DNA from: an uncultured Flavobacteriaceae bacterium | GTDB lineage: Bacteria > Bacteroidota > Bacteroidia > Flavobacteriales > Flavobacteriaceae | DNA length: 64,000 bases | Direction of reading: 5' to 3' | Assembly: GCA_963760375.1 (NCBI GenBank) | Contig: CAVXCS010000003.1 | Span: forward strand, 3,590 to 67,589 | In this document: positions 36,775 to 47,174 of the stretch, in pieces | Layout: every line of letters begins with the position of its first letter | Position numbering within the stretch: position 1 is the stretch's first letter | The notes under the pieces: generated by a model | What the model saw: only the letters and a program-made list of their open reading frames with translations | What the model was told of the DNA's origin: nothing | Database searches by the model: none | Made by a program: the position numbers and the translations under genes

Positions 36775-37740
36775 ATGAAGAAAATCATCACCCTTACCGT
36801 GAATCCCGCAATAGACAAGAGTACTTCCGTGGCAGGCATCAGGCCCAATAGCAAACTGCGGTGCGAACCGCCCGTTTTTGAGGCCGGAGGGGGCGGTATC
36901 AATATTTCCAGGGTCATCAAGGAACTCGGCGGGAACTCCCTCTGCATGTATCTTTCAGGAGGTGCCACAGGGGAACATTTGAAAAACATGCTCGACCAAG
37001 CGGATATCATGCAACAGATCGTTCCCATTTCGGGCTGGACCAGGGAGAATCTGGCGGTGACGGATACCACCAACGAGCTTCAGTACCGCTTCGGAATGCC
37101 CGGACCTAAGGTCAGGGAAGGTGAATGGAAACAGTGTTTGGAACATCTGGAAGCATTATTGGTCGCCGGTGACTTCCTTGTGGCCAGCGGGAGCTTATCT
37201 CCCGGAATGCCCGACCATTTTTTTGCCGAAGTAGCCGCATTGGCCATGGACAAAAAGGTAAAGTTTATACTCGACACTTCAGAGAAAGCGCTGATCAAGG
37301 GGGCCGCCGCAGGCGTATATTTGTTAAAGCCCAATTTAGGGGAACTCAGCGGCCTCTGCGGCGTAAAGTCGATCTCATCGATGAACTTGTTGCCGTTGGC
37401 CAAACAGTTCCTGGACCAAAATACTTGCGAGATCTTGGTGGTGTCCTTGGGATCAAGGGGGGCATTGTTGGTCACCAAAGACATTACCGAATATATTCTT
37501 GCGCCAACCGTACACGCCAAAAGTACCATCGGTGCCGGGGACAGTATGCTGGCTGGCATGGTGAAGTTTTTGGCCGAGGGAAAATCATTGGGGGAAATGG
37601 CGAAATACGGCGTGGCCTGTGGAACCGCCACAGCGATGAGCGAGGGCACCCAGCTTTGCAAGAAGAAAGAGGTGGAAGTGCTCTATGAATGGATTGTTGA
37701 GCATTCCAAGAAACCCCATAAAATTGAACTGGATACCTAA
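36775..37740 (+). CDS. pfkB: PfkB-family sugar kinase (6-phosphofructokinase II / 1-phosphofructokinase type)
   Basis: TLTVNPAIDKS...KLRC..PVFEAGGGGINISR...GGATGEHL...TIGAGDSMLAGM follows E. coli PfkB closely along its whole length. Confidence 0.85.
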   Translation: MKKIITLTVNPAIDKSTSVAGIRPNSKLRCEPPVFEAGGGGINISRVIKELGGNSLCMYLSGGATGEHLKNMLDQADIMQQIVPISGWTRENLAVTDTTNELQYRFGMPGPKVREGEWKQCLEHLEALLVAGDFLVASGSLSPGMPDHFFAEVAALAMDKKVKFILDTSEKALIKGAAAGVYLLKPNLGELSGLCGVKSISSMNLLPLAKQFLDQNTCEILVVSLGSRGALLVTKDITEYILAPTVHAKSTIGAGDSMLAGMVKFLAEGKSLGEMAKYGVACGTATAMSEGTQLCKKKEVEVLYEWIVEHSKKPHKIELDT

Positions 37741-37750
37741 ATGTGATCAA

Positions 37751-38137
37751 ATGGACTATTATTTTAAAAAAGAACTTCCAAAGCGAACTTTTGAGCAAGC
37801 GATCCAGCAGGTGACAGAGGCTCTAAAAAAAGAAGGATTTGGGGTCTTGACAGAAATAGATATCAAAGCCACCCTCAAGAAGAAATTGGATGTCGATTTT
37901 CATCCCTACGTTATTTTGGGCGCCTGTAACCCGGGCTTCGCCTATAAGGCCTTACAGGCCGAAGACAAAATAGGAACCATGCTCCCCTGCAATGTCATCG
38001 TTCAAGAAAGGCAGGGTATAGTTGAGGTCGCCGCGGTGAATCCCATGGCCTCCATGCAGGCTGTTGAGAATGAAGTCCTAGCGGAAGTGGCGACCCAGGT
38101 CACGGAAAAGCTGAAACGCATGGTCGATCAACTATAG
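37751..38137 (+). CDS. DUF302 domain protein
   Basis: VTEALKKEGFGVLTEIDIKATLKKKLDVDFHPYVILGACNP is typical of DUF302. The ATG at 37751 is preferred over the upstream track start. Confidence 0.7.
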   Translation: MDYYFKKELPKRTFEQAIQQVTEALKKEGFGVLTEIDIKATLKKKLDVDFHPYVILGACNPGFAYKALQAEDKIGTMLPCNVIVQERQGIVEVAAVNPMASMQAVENEVLAEVATQVTEKLKRMVDQL

Positions 38138-38163
38138 CAGGGTAAATCAATTGGAAATAGGCG

Positions 38164-38211
38164 GATACTGATCAGTATCATCTTCTTTAGAGACAGACTG
38201 TTGTATCTTAA
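38164..38211 (+). promoter_or_regulatory. 16-bp perfect palindrome containing a weak motif-B-like core, plus weak -7 box
   Basis: GATACTGATCAGTATC at 38164-38179. The TGATCAGTATCA core at 38169-38180 fits TGAY-N4-RTCA. TATCTTAA at 38204-38211 starts 29.5 bp from that core's centre but has two mismatches to TAnnTTTG. Confidence 0.35.
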
Positions 38212-38236
38212 AGCATTCCATAGCGATATAGACAAA

Positions 38237-38848
38237 ATGGCAAGCAAACTCAACAAAGATTTTATACCGTTGGAGGTCGAAACGCCCATTTGGAACCGTT
38301 TTTTTACGGTAGCGCCATTAATTGTCGTAGGCACCAAAGAAAGAGAAGGATATGACCTGGCGCCGAAGCATATGGCAACGCCTTTAGGGCACAAGAACTA
38401 TTTTGGCTTCGTATGTACGCCAAGGCATTCGACCTATCATAATATCATGGCCACCGGGGAATTCTCGGTGAGCTTTCCTATGCCCGATCAAACCATTTTG
38501 GCCTCGCTGAGCGCCTCCCCGAGATGTGGCACTGCATCGGGGAACAAGGAGGTCATTCAGTCGATCCCAACCCTGAAAGCAACCAAAATCGATGCACTTT
38601 TTGTCGAAAATTCCTATTTGTATTTGGAATGTGAGTTGTACAAGCTCATCGACGGATTTGACGAATACAGTTTCATAACGGGAAAGGTGGTCGCCTCATT
38701 TGTGCATAAAGATTACCTGAGGGTTTCAGAAAAGGACGAGCAAGATCAGATCTATCGACACCCCTTATTGGCCTATTTGGCCCATGGCCGGTTCGCGGAG
38801 ATATCACAGACCTATAATTTTCCCTACCCGAAGGATTTTAAATTATGA
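38237..38848 (+). CDS. flavin-reductase-like (FMN-binding split-barrel) protein
   Basis: FFTVAPLIVVGTKEREGYDLAPKHMATPLG resembles flavin reductase-like domains. The ATG at 38237 is preferred over the TTG at 38201. Confidence 0.5.
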   Translation: MASKLNKDFIPLEVETPIWNRFFTVAPLIVVGTKEREGYDLAPKHMATPLGHKNYFGFVCTPRHSTYHNIMATGEFSVSFPMPDQTILASLSASPRCGTASGNKEVIQSIPTLKATKIDALFVENSYLYLECELYKLIDGFDEYSFITGKVVASFVHKDYLRVSEKDEQDQIYRHPLLAYLAHGRFAEISQTYNFPYPKDFKL

Positions 38849-40020
38849 CCGTCATGAAGGATCAGGCATTGCAACTGAATGAATATCTAAAAACCCGATC
38901 AGAGGAAATGCTCCTGTTTTTAAAGCAATTGGTGGCGTTGGAATCGCCTTCAAAAGATGTTGCCGTACAGCACAATATCATTTTGTTTCTCAAAAAAAAA
39001 TTGGAAAGCCTGGGTTTTGTCGCGGTACATGTTCCAGGGCAAAAGACAGGGGGCTACCTCTATGCCCGTCCAAAAAAAAGGGATAAGAAATTGCCGCTGC
39101 AATTGCTGTTAGGGCATTGCGATACGGTCTGGCCCATGGAAACAATCAATGAAATGCCCATTTCCGAGTCCGGGGACATCCTGAAGGGTCCGGGCATCTA
39201 TGACATGAAAGCGGGCCTGACCCAACTCATTTTTTCATTGCAGGCCATTGCCGAACTTAGCTTGCCACTGAAAGAAACACCGGTGGTCTTGATCAATTCA
39301 GATGAGGAAATCGGGAGCAGGGAATCGACCGCCATCATCACCAAACTGTCGAAATTGGCCGATCGCGCCTTTGTGATGGAACCCCCTTTGGACTTGGACG
39401 GAAAACTGAAAACCGCCCGAAAGGGACTGGGAAGGTTTACGATAACCGTTAAGGGAAAGGCCGCCCATGCGGGCCTGGACCCCCAAAAAGGAATCAACGC
39501 GATCGTGGAACTGTCTCATCAGGTCCAGCAGCTTTATGCCATGAACGACATGGAAAAAGGGATTACCGTAAACGTGGGGATGATAGAAGGCGGTATTTCG
39601 CCCAACGTGGTGGCGCCAATGAGCAAGGCAATCGTTGACGTCAGGGTACTAAAGGAAGCCGATGGGCAATACATCACCGAACGGATCAAGGGTTTGCAAC
39701 CGCATCTAAAGGATGTGGAACTCCTCATAGAGGGTGGAATCGGCCGCCCGCCCATGGAAAGAACGGCGCGTAACCAACGCTTATGGCATGTGGCCAAGGA
39801 ACAGGGAAGCCGATTGGGGATTTCGCTCGAACAGGCAACCTCCGGCGGCGGTTCCGATGCCAATACGACCAGTAGGTTTACGGCAACATTGGACGGACTC
39901 GGAACGCCTGGCGATGGGGCACATGCCAATCACGAATATATCGTACGGCACAAGTTACTGGAAAGAACTGCTCTTTTGGGCCTTCTGTTACTGACCGAAC
40001 CTTTAAAGCCTTCGACATGA
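38845..40020 (+). CDS. M20-family metallopeptidase (carboxypeptidase G2-like)
   Basis: LLGHCDTVW...GPGIYDMKAG...NSDEEIGS...GKAAHAG motifs. Its start overlaps the upstream stop (ATGA). Confidence 0.8.
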   Translation: MTVMKDQALQLNEYLKTRSEEMLLFLKQLVALESPSKDVAVQHNIILFLKKKLESLGFVAVHVPGQKTGGYLYARPKKRDKKLPLQLLLGHCDTVWPMETINEMPISESGDILKGPGIYDMKAGLTQLIFSLQAIAELSLPLKETPVVLINSDEEIGSRESTAIITKLSKLADRAFVMEPPLDLDGKLKTARKGLGRFTITVKGKAAHAGLDPQKGINAIVELSHQVQQLYAMNDMEKGITVNVGMIEGGISPNVVAPMSKAIVDVRVLKEADGQYITERIKGLQPHLKDVELLIEGGIGRPPMERTARNQRLWHVAKEQGSRLGISLEQATSGGGSDANTTSRFTATLDGLGTPGDGAHANHEYIVRHKLLERTALLGLLLLTEPLKPST

Positions 40021-41036
40021 ACCATCAATATATCTTCACCTCGTTGACCCGTATTTCCAATATGGAAGAAAAAGGGTTCAGTATAAAAAAACTTCCCAAG
40101 GAACAATGGCGTAACGGAGATTATGTGGTCTGTGAAATAGTGAACGCGGGAAGTGAAATCTTGAAACTCGAACTTTCCAATGGCAGAATGCGCGGGGTAA
40201 TAGGAGGGGAGTTCTTGGTAGGTGCCCTTGGCGAACGATTTGCCACGTTGGAAGTCACCGGATCATGGCGCAATGTGGAGGACGACCTTAAAATGAGCGT
40301 TCTTACGGGTGCGGGCCTCCTGGGCAAGTTGACCTCCAAATCTGTATTCCTGCCCCAATTGATGACCGTTGCATATGCCGGCCATGCTTTTAGGGGTTCC
40401 CTAAAACTGACCATGGACCATTTTGTAAAACCCATCGAGCCCCTTCCTTTTGTAACACCTATAATCCTATTCGTGGGCACCTCCATGTCTGCGGGAAAGA
40501 CCACCTCTGCCCGTATCGTAACCAATTTGTTCAAACAGGCAGGGCATAAGGTGGTGGGCGCCAAACTCACCGGTGCGGGTCGTTATAAAGATATCCTCGC
40601 CATTAAGGATGTAGGTGCCGATGCCGTTTACGACTTTGTGGATGTGGGCCTTCCTTCTTCCATTTGTCCGAGAACAGAATATGAGGAAAAGTTGATGCAA
40701 ATGCTCAGTCTGATGGCCAAAGAAAAGGCGGATGTGGCCATAGTTGAAATTGGGGCATCGCCCCTTGAACCGTATAACGGGGATATTGCGATCGAAGCCC
40801 TCAGGGAGTTTGTGAAATGTACCATCTTGAGCGCTTCAGACCCTTATGCGGTCTATGGCTTGATGAAGGCATTCGATATTGTCCCCGACATTGTAACGGG
40901 CATTACCTCCAACACTTTGGCGGGTATCCAAATGGTGGAAAGACTATGTCGGGTGAAGGCGTTGAATTTGATCGATGCCACCACCACAAAAAGGCTCAAG
41001 CAAATTTTAACAAGTACTTCGGGCTTTTCACTTTAA
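40017..41036 (+). CDS. uncharacterised P-loop protein (DUF1611-like?)
   Basis: 339 aa with a Walker A-like motif VGTSMSAGKTTS in mid-protein. Its start overlaps the M20 stop (ATGA). Family assignment is uncertain. Confidence 0.5.
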   Translation: MNHQYIFTSLTRISNMEEKGFSIKKLPKEQWRNGDYVVCEIVNAGSEILKLELSNGRMRGVIGGEFLVGALGERFATLEVTGSWRNVEDDLKMSVLTGAGLLGKLTSKSVFLPQLMTVAYAGHAFRGSLKLTMDHFVKPIEPLPFVTPIILFVGTSMSAGKTTSARIVTNLFKQAGHKVVGAKLTGAGRYKDILAIKDVGADAVYDFVDVGLPSSICPRTEYEEKLMQMLSLMAKEKADVAIVEIGASPLEPYNGDIAIEALREFVKCTILSASDPYAVYGLMKAFDIVPDIVTGITSNTLAGIQMVERLCRVKALNLIDATTTKRLKQILTSTSGFSL

Positions 41037-41045
41037 GGGTTGCCT

Positions 41046-42749
41046 ATGTTGACCAAAAATGCCATACAACTTCTCGAGGACCGTTACCTTTTAAAGAAAG
41101 GGACCAGGGAAACGCCCGACCAAATGTTCCGGAGGGTGGCCAAGTACGTGGCCAGTGCCGAAGAATTCGAAAACATAACATGGGAAGAGACTTTTTATGG
41201 GATGATGAAAAATCTTGAATTTCTGCCCAATTCCCCTACCTTGATGAATGCCGGAGTACCCAACGGACAATTGAGTGCCTGTTTTGTTTTGCCGGTGGAA
41301 GACAGTCTAACTTCCATTTTCACCACCCTAAAAAATGCCGCATTGATCCACCAAAGTGGGGGAGGAACGGGATATAACTTTTCCGATCTCAGGCCCAACG
41401 GCGACCCTGTGAGTGCCACGGGCGGCACCTCTTCAGGGCCCCTTGCCTTCATGGAAATTTACGATTCTGCGACCGAACATGTAAAACAAGGAGGCAAGCG
41501 AAGGGGTGCGAATATGGGCATCCTGAATGTGAACCATCCCGATATCGAGGCATTTATCGTGTCGAAAACGGAGGGGAGGCGATTGCAGAATTTCAATATT
41601 TCCGTGGGTATCACAAACGACTTCATGCAAGCCGTTGCAAAAGAGATTGATTGGACTTTGGTGAATCCCAGAACAAACAAAGTCCAGAAAATAGTTAAGG
41701 CCAAATCGATCTGGGAGGCGATCGTTCGGGAGGCATGGAAAACCGGAGATCCCGGACTGGTATTCTTGGATACGATCAACCATAAGAACCCAACGCCCGA
41801 ACAGGGCAGCATCAAAAGCACCAATCCCTGTGGGGAGGTCCCGCTGCTCGATTACGAAAGCTGTAATCTGGGTTCCTTGAATTTGATGAAGGTCTTGGAA
41901 GATGGCAAAAAAGGAGCTGCCATCAATTGGCATCAGTTGAAATCCAATATTCAGGTAGCCATTCGTTTTTTGGATAATGTGATAACGGTAAACCATTATT
42001 TGCTACCCGAAATAAGGAAAAAGGTATATTTGAACCGTAAAATAGGCTTAGGTGTGATGGGGTGGGCAGAGTTGCTCCTTTCGCTCAACCTTCCCTATGC
42101 TTCCGATGAAGCGGTCGCCTTGGGTGAACGATTGATGGATTTTGTAATGGCAAAGAGTTACGAGGCCTCCGAAGCACTGGCCAAAGAAAGGGGAATCTTT
42201 GATTCGTGGGCTGCAAGCATTCATGCACCCAACATGCCACTCCGGAACGCCACTTGCAATAGCATAGCCCCTACCGGAAGTATTTCGGTCATTGCCAATA
42301 CCTCCTATTCCATCGAGCCGTTATATGCACTGGCCTACGACCGTGTGGGTATTTTGGGCGGTAAAATACAAACTGAAGTCAATGCCGTAGTGATTGAAAA
42401 GTTAAAGCACATGAAACTATGGAATCGGCGAATAAGGGAAGCAATATTGGAAACGGGAAGTATACAGCAGGTCGAGACGCTCCCGAAACAGGTGCGAATG
42501 CTTTTCGAAACGAGCCACGAAATACCATGGGAATATCATTTACTGCATCAGAGGGCTTTTCAAAAGCACACCGACAATGCGGTTTCCAAAACCATCAACC
42601 TTCCGAAAACGGCCACCGAAATGGAAATTTCAAAAATTTACCGGACTGCCTGGGAATATGGCTTAAAGGGCATTACCATTTATCGCGACGGGAGCAAACC
42701 GAATCAAATCCTTCAAAAATGTGGTCTAAACCATAGTATGTCTTGCTGA
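41046..42749 (+). CDS. nrdJ: class II (adenosylcobalamin-dependent) ribonucleotide reductase, short form
   Basis: LSACFVL, the NPCGEVPL active-site loop and YRDGSK are present. A C-terminal Cys pair occurs in ...KCGLNHSMSC. The ATG at 41046 is preferred over the TTG at 41040. Confidence 0.85.
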   Translation: MLTKNAIQLLEDRYLLKKGTRETPDQMFRRVAKYVASAEEFENITWEETFYGMMKNLEFLPNSPTLMNAGVPNGQLSACFVLPVEDSLTSIFTTLKNAALIHQSGGGTGYNFSDLRPNGDPVSATGGTSSGPLAFMEIYDSATEHVKQGGKRRGANMGILNVNHPDIEAFIVSKTEGRRLQNFNISVGITNDFMQAVAKEIDWTLVNPRTNKVQKIVKAKSIWEAIVREAWKTGDPGLVFLDTINHKNPTPEQGSIKSTNPCGEVPLLDYESCNLGSLNLMKVLEDGKKGAAINWHQLKSNIQVAIRFLDNVITVNHYLLPEIRKKVYLNRKIGLGVMGWAELLLSLNLPYASDEAVALGERLMDFVMAKSYEASEALAKERGIFDSWAASIHAPNMPLRNATCNSIAPTGSISVIANTSYSIEPLYALAYDRVGILGGKIQTEVNAVVIEKLKHMKLWNRRIREAILETGSIQQVETLPKQVRMLFETSHEIPWEYHLLHQRAFQKHTDNAVSKTINLPKTATEMEISKIYRTAWEYGLKGITIYRDGSKPNQILQKCGLNHSMSC

Positions 42750-42930
42750 TGGCCATTTCAATACAATCATAACGCCTGACCGTCGTCATAGTAACTTCGT
42801 CATAAATTCACGACATTCAAGCAACATCTTTGGAAAACAAAAAGGTTGAACCCTTGTTTTTGAAACCTTGCCTCAGACCCACGGCGACTTCGGTCTTTCT
42901 TTGTTATGATCGATCTTTTAAGAACTGCCC

Positions 42931-43578
42931 ATGAAAACAATGTCATTAAGCCATATTAAAAGTAGCTTATTTGCAATGTTTCCACTATTTGCCATGGGAT
43001 TGTTCGTGCTCCTTTATTTTCTCGCCGCCCTAAACTATCCCGGGGGATCATGGATTTCGCCCCAACAAGAAGGTTTCAGTTTCTGGAACAATTATCTATG
43101 CGACCTACTCGACGAATATGCCATCAATGGAGACCTCAATACGGCACGATATACGGCCCGCTTTGCACTTGCTTCCCTTTGTTTTGGCCTCTTGGTACTT
43201 TGGGCCTATCTGCCCCGTTTGTTTCCGAAGAAAAGCAAGAACCTGAAGCTGATGCAATGGACTGGTATCCTGTCGCTCCTGGTCCTGGTTTTGCTTGGTT
43301 CGGAAAGGCACGATCTTATCGTTCGCCTCGCGGGTTTTTTAGGGGTTATTGCCTTCGTGAGCTGCTTTGTGGAACTTTATAAGGCTGGCTATGCCCGTTT
43401 GTTGGCGTTGGGTATTTTAAGTCTGATCGTTTTCTTGATCAATTACTATATCTATGAAACGGGCAAATACCTGAATACCCTCGCGCTGATCCAAAAAATT
43501 ACTTTTATACTGTTTCTGGGTTGGTTCGTGCTGATCGATATTGCAGTTTATCAAGAAATGAAATTGGGGAAACCTTAA
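42931..43578 (+). CDS. hypothetical polytopic membrane protein
   Basis: 215 aa with about six hydrophobic helices. No family recognised. Confidence 0.55.
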   Translation: MKTMSLSHIKSSLFAMFPLFAMGLFVLLYFLAALNYPGGSWISPQQEGFSFWNNYLCDLLDEYAINGDLNTARYTARFALASLCFGLLVLWAYLPRLFPKKSKNLKLMQWTGILSLLVLVLLGSERHDLIVRLAGFLGVIAFVSCFVELYKAGYARLLALGILSLIVFLINYYIYETGKYLNTLALIQKITFILFLGWFVLIDIAVYQEMKLGKP

Positions 43579-43640
43579 AAGTAGGATATAAAAAATTCCA
43601 GATATGTTCCAATGTTTAATCCAAATTAAAACCAAAAGCC

Positions 43641-44387
43641 ATGAATCCAGCACTATTGTTTGTCGTCGTTTTGGCCCTGTTTCTTTTCATCGGGGTACGT
43701 GTCATTTTTGAATATAAGAGAGCCCTCAAATTCCGTTTTGGGAAGTATGTAAAAACGTTGCAACCGGGACTTCGGTGGATCATACCTTTCGTGGAAACGA
43801 TACAAGTGGTAGACATTCGTGTGATCACCATCAATATTATTTCCCAGGAAGTTATGACCGAAGACAATGTACCCTGCAGTATTGATGGTGTCGTCTTTTT
43901 CAAGATCACCAACCCGGAAAAGGCCGTATTGGAAGTGGAGGAATTCACCTTCGCCATAACCCAGCTCTCCCAGGCCGCATTAAGGGATGTTTGCGGGAAA
44001 GTGGAACTCGACACCATTCTTTCGAAACGGGAGGAGATGGGCAAAAATATCAAGTCGATCGTAGAACAGGAAACCCAACAATGGGGCATCGACATCATGG
44101 ACGTAAAAATCAAGGACATACAGTTGCCCGAAAATATGAAAAGGATGATGGCCAACCAGGCAGAGGCCGAAAGATCGAGAAGGGCCAGGGTAATCTTGGC
44201 GCTTGCGGAAGAGCAGGCCGCCGGGAAGTTGCTCGAAGCCGGAAAACTCATCGATCAGTCCCCTTCGGCCATCAAGCTGAGGCTTTATCAAACCTTATCG
44301 CACATTGCGGCCGAAAAGAATTCGACCATATTATTTCCGTTCCCTGAGGAAGTACTGCCCCGAAATCCGGTTCAGAAAAAATCATGA
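43641..44387 (+). CDS. SPFH/stomatin-like (slipin) protein
   Basis: An N-terminal TM followed by an SPFH domain (RFGKY...PGLRWIIPFVE...DVKIKDIQLPENM...AEAERSRRA). Confidence 0.85.
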   Translation: MNPALLFVVVLALFLFIGVRVIFEYKRALKFRFGKYVKTLQPGLRWIIPFVETIQVVDIRVITINIISQEVMTEDNVPCSIDGVVFFKITNPEKAVLEVEEFTFAITQLSQAALRDVCGKVELDTILSKREEMGKNIKSIVEQETQQWGIDIMDVKIKDIQLPENMKRMMANQAEAERSRRARVILALAEEQAAGKLLEAGKLIDQSPSAIKLRLYQTLSHIAAEKNSTILFPFPEEVLPRNPVQKKS

Positions 44388-44464
44388 TCGGCTGGTAATT
44401 TGCAAATGTCAGTCATGAATTGTAGGGAACGATTTTAAAGAGAACCTAACTTCATAAATTTGGC

Positions 44465-44489
44465 ATAGGCCACAATTATCGTGGCCTAT
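44465..44489. terminator. hairpin between convergent slipin and ATPase genes
   Basis: A 9-bp stem, ATAGGCCAC (44465-44473) / GTGGCCTAT (44481-44489), with a 7-nt loop. It overlaps the last codons of the ATPase gene. Confidence 0.55.
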
Positions 44490-46980
44490 AGGTACGTTTG
44501 TACCATTTGACGAATTCGTACCAAACCACGAACAGGAAACCCGCGACGATGCTGAGCGACAATTGCATACCATTCAATCTTTCAAATTCAAAGAAATGCG
44601 TTAAGGGATCGAGGAAGAGCAACAAAGCGGTAATCAGCATGGTAATGCCAATGATAAGAGGAACCAATCGATTCCGATATCTAAAGGTGGTGAATATGCT
44701 GTAATAGAACGAGCGGTTGACCAAGGTCAAAAAAATATTGGCAGAGATCAGGACCGTAAAGACCATGGCCCTGGTGACCCCTTCGCCATAGCCTTCCGAC
44801 ACGGCATATTGATAGATCAACAAGCCCCCCAAGGTAATCATCAGTCCTTGTATGATACTGGTAACCAGTTCTTTCAAATTGAAAAAAGTAGTGGTGAAAG
44901 GCCTGGGATTTAGTTCCATGGTATGTTTTTCCACAGGTTCGTTCTCATAGATGATAGAGCAGGTCGGCCCCATGATGAGTTCCAACAATATCACATGTAC
45001 AGGCGAGAAAATGTTGGGATAGGCCCAATGGAGGGCCAAGGGAAGGAATACGATGAGGATGATGGGAATATGGATCGAAATCACATATTGGATCGCCTTT
45101 TTCAGATTGGCGTAGATCTTTCGGCCCATGGCCACCGCATCGACCATTTTGGAAAGGTCATCTTCCATCAATATCAGGTTGGCCGACTGTTTGGCGATCT
45201 CGGTTCCCTTTTGGCCCATGGCCACCCCAATGTGTGCGGCTTTCAATGCGGGGGCATCGTTCACCCCATCGCCGGTCATGGCCACAATTTCGCCCTTGGC
45301 TTTTAAGGCTTCGATTATCTTCAATTTTGCGGAGGGGAACATCCTGGTAAAAATATTGACTTCCCCAACCGCATTTTTCAGCCCCTCACCATCCAGTTTC
45401 ATAAGGGCATCACCTTCCATAAGATCATGTTCCCCGTTAAAATCTATTAATTTGGCAATCGCCATGGTGGTCAGCGAATTGTCGCCCGTGATGATCTTGA
45501 CTTTGATGCCAGCTTTGTGAAATGCGTCGAATACCCCTTTTATATTTTCTTTGGGCGGATCATAGAATGCCACGATGCCTTTGAATTCAAATCGGAATTC
45601 CTGCTGTTGCTTTGGAAAATGGTTGCCTTCGAAAATGGCCTCCGCGACCCCCAGTAGCCGATAGCCCTCATTGGCCAGATGACCGATGGCTTCTTGGACC
45701 CGTTGTTTTTGTTTTGGCGTAAAATTTGAAATTTCGAAGAAGGCTTCAGGGGCACCTTTTGCTGCAATGATTCTTCTGCCGGATGCGTTCTCGAAGAGGT
45801 GCGTCATCATCGGAGGCTTGCCGCCCAGGGGATATTCATGGACCATTTTGAAGTTTGGCCGCTCATCCTTATCGATCATCTGCCCATAGGCCTCGTGCAA
45901 TGCCATTTCCATGCGGTCGAACGGAATGGGTTCGCTGGCCCACATCGAAAGTTCAATGAGTTCTTTCTCAGTCTTTCCCAAGGGGGCTGTGGGCTCGGAT
46001 ATCCTTTGGGATTGCATGACAAAGAGTTTCGCCAAACCCATTTCGTTTTTGGTGATGGTACCGGTCTTGTCAACACAGATCACGGTGGCGCTCCCCAAGG
46101 TTTCGACGGTCTTCATCTGTTTGACCACGATGCCCATTTTCATCAATCGCCAGGCCCCCAAGGCCATAAAAGTGGTGAAAGCAACAGGTATTTCTTCGGG
46201 TAGAATGCTCATGGCCAAGGTCAGGGCCTTTAGCAGACTATCGAGCACATTGTACGAATTGAAGTAATTGATGCCCCAGACCAGCAGAAAAACCACGATA
46301 CCAATGGCAGACATTTTCTTTACAAAATTATTGATCTGTAATTCCAATGGCGTTTTTTCATCGGCAATGGCTTCAAGACTCTCGCCGATTTTGCCCAACT
46401 GGGTCGCATTGCCTATGGCAGTGACGGTTGCAATGGCCAGTCCACTGGCCACGGTGGTGCCCCTATAAATGAAATGGTCTGCTTTTTCGCTGTCTTTGTA
46501 TACCGGAAGGGATTCCCCGGTGAGTATCGCTTCGTCCACCGAAAAATCATTCGAATGCACGATGATGCCATCTGCAGGGATCGTGGTGCCTTCCTCTACC
46601 ATCAGGCTATCCCCGACGACGATTTCCTCTATGGCTATTTCCTCGACCGTTCCATTGCGGATCACATTGCAATTGGGTTGGCTGATGACCTTGAGTTTTT
46701 CCAGGGCATTTCTGCTTCTTGAATCTTGGTAAATGGAAATGGCCGAGACGAGCAGAATGGCCACCGCTAGAAAAATCCCATCGCCTTTATCGCCCAAAAT
46801 GAAGTATAGGGTGGAAGTGACCAGGAGCAGGATGACCATGGGTTCCTGGCCCAAATCCTTCAACAGCTTCCAAAGCGGATTCTCTTTTTTATACAGAAGT
46901 TCGTTCCGCCCATTTTTTGCCCTGGAAGACAATACTTCTTCGGGGCTCAAACCTTTCACGTCAAAGTTGGAAACAGACAT
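44476..46980 (-). CDS. cation-translocating P-type ATPase (type II), second copy
   Basis: CVDKTGTIT, ITGDN and GDGVNDAPALK motifs. 834 aa. Confidence 0.9.
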   Translation of the reverse strand: MSVSNFDVKGLSPEEVLSSRAKNGRNELLYKKENPLWKLLKDLGQEPMVILLLVTSTLYFILGDKGDGIFLAVAILLVSAISIYQDSRSRNALEKLKVISQPNCNVIRNGTVEEIAIEEIVVGDSLMVEEGTTIPADGIIVHSNDFSVDEAILTGESLPVYKDSEKADHFIYRGTTVASGLAIATVTAIGNATQLGKIGESLEAIADEKTPLELQINNFVKKMSAIGIVVFLLVWGINYFNSYNVLDSLLKALTLAMSILPEEIPVAFTTFMALGAWRLMKMGIVVKQMKTVETLGSATVICVDKTGTITKNEMGLAKLFVMQSQRISEPTAPLGKTEKELIELSMWASEPIPFDRMEMALHEAYGQMIDKDERPNFKMVHEYPLGGKPPMMTHLFENASGRRIIAAKGAPEAFFEISNFTPKQKQRVQEAIGHLANEGYRLLGVAEAIFEGNHFPKQQQEFRFEFKGIVAFYDPPKENIKGVFDAFHKAGIKVKIITGDNSLTTMAIAKLIDFNGEHDLMEGDALMKLDGEGLKNAVGEVNIFTRMFPSAKLKIIEALKAKGEIVAMTGDGVNDAPALKAAHIGVAMGQKGTEIAKQSANLILMEDDLSKMVDAVAMGRKIYANLKKAIQYVISIHIPIILIVFLPLALHWAYPNIFSPVHVILLELIMGPTCSIIYENEPVEKHTMELNPRPFTTTFFNLKELVTSIIQGLMITLGGLLIYQYAVSEGYGEGVTRAMVFTVLISANIFLTLVNRSFYYSIFTTFRYRNRLVPLIIGITMLITALLLFLDPLTHFFEFERLNGMQLSLSIVAGFLFVVWYEFVKWYKRTYRPR

Positions 46981-47174
46981 AATGGATCTCGATTATAGTA
47001 CCTACATGGAATGGATAATAAAACATGAAACTTGATCATGACATCGCAACACTTGCAGAATAATGATGCCGAACAGACTTTGACATAAGGCTTTACAGGG
47101 TAAAAATCGCTATGACCAAAAAAAATCGGGTTTGCCCGCCAACCCTAATCAGCGATGCGGCATTTAAATTTAAT

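Noticed and set aside
42845-42885. Weak hairpin AGACC...GGTCT followed by TTTCTTTG after nrdJ. I considered it as a terminator.
   Set aside because: The stem is only 5 bp with a 12-nt loop, which is too weak to annotate.
47026-47038. TGAAACTTGATCA upstream of the second ATPase. Similar TGA-N7-TCA sequences occur at 47568..47580 and 51070..51082.
   Set aside because: The spacer is 7 nt rather than 6, no TAnnTTTG box lies at the expected distance, and the flanks do not match. I do not count them as operators.
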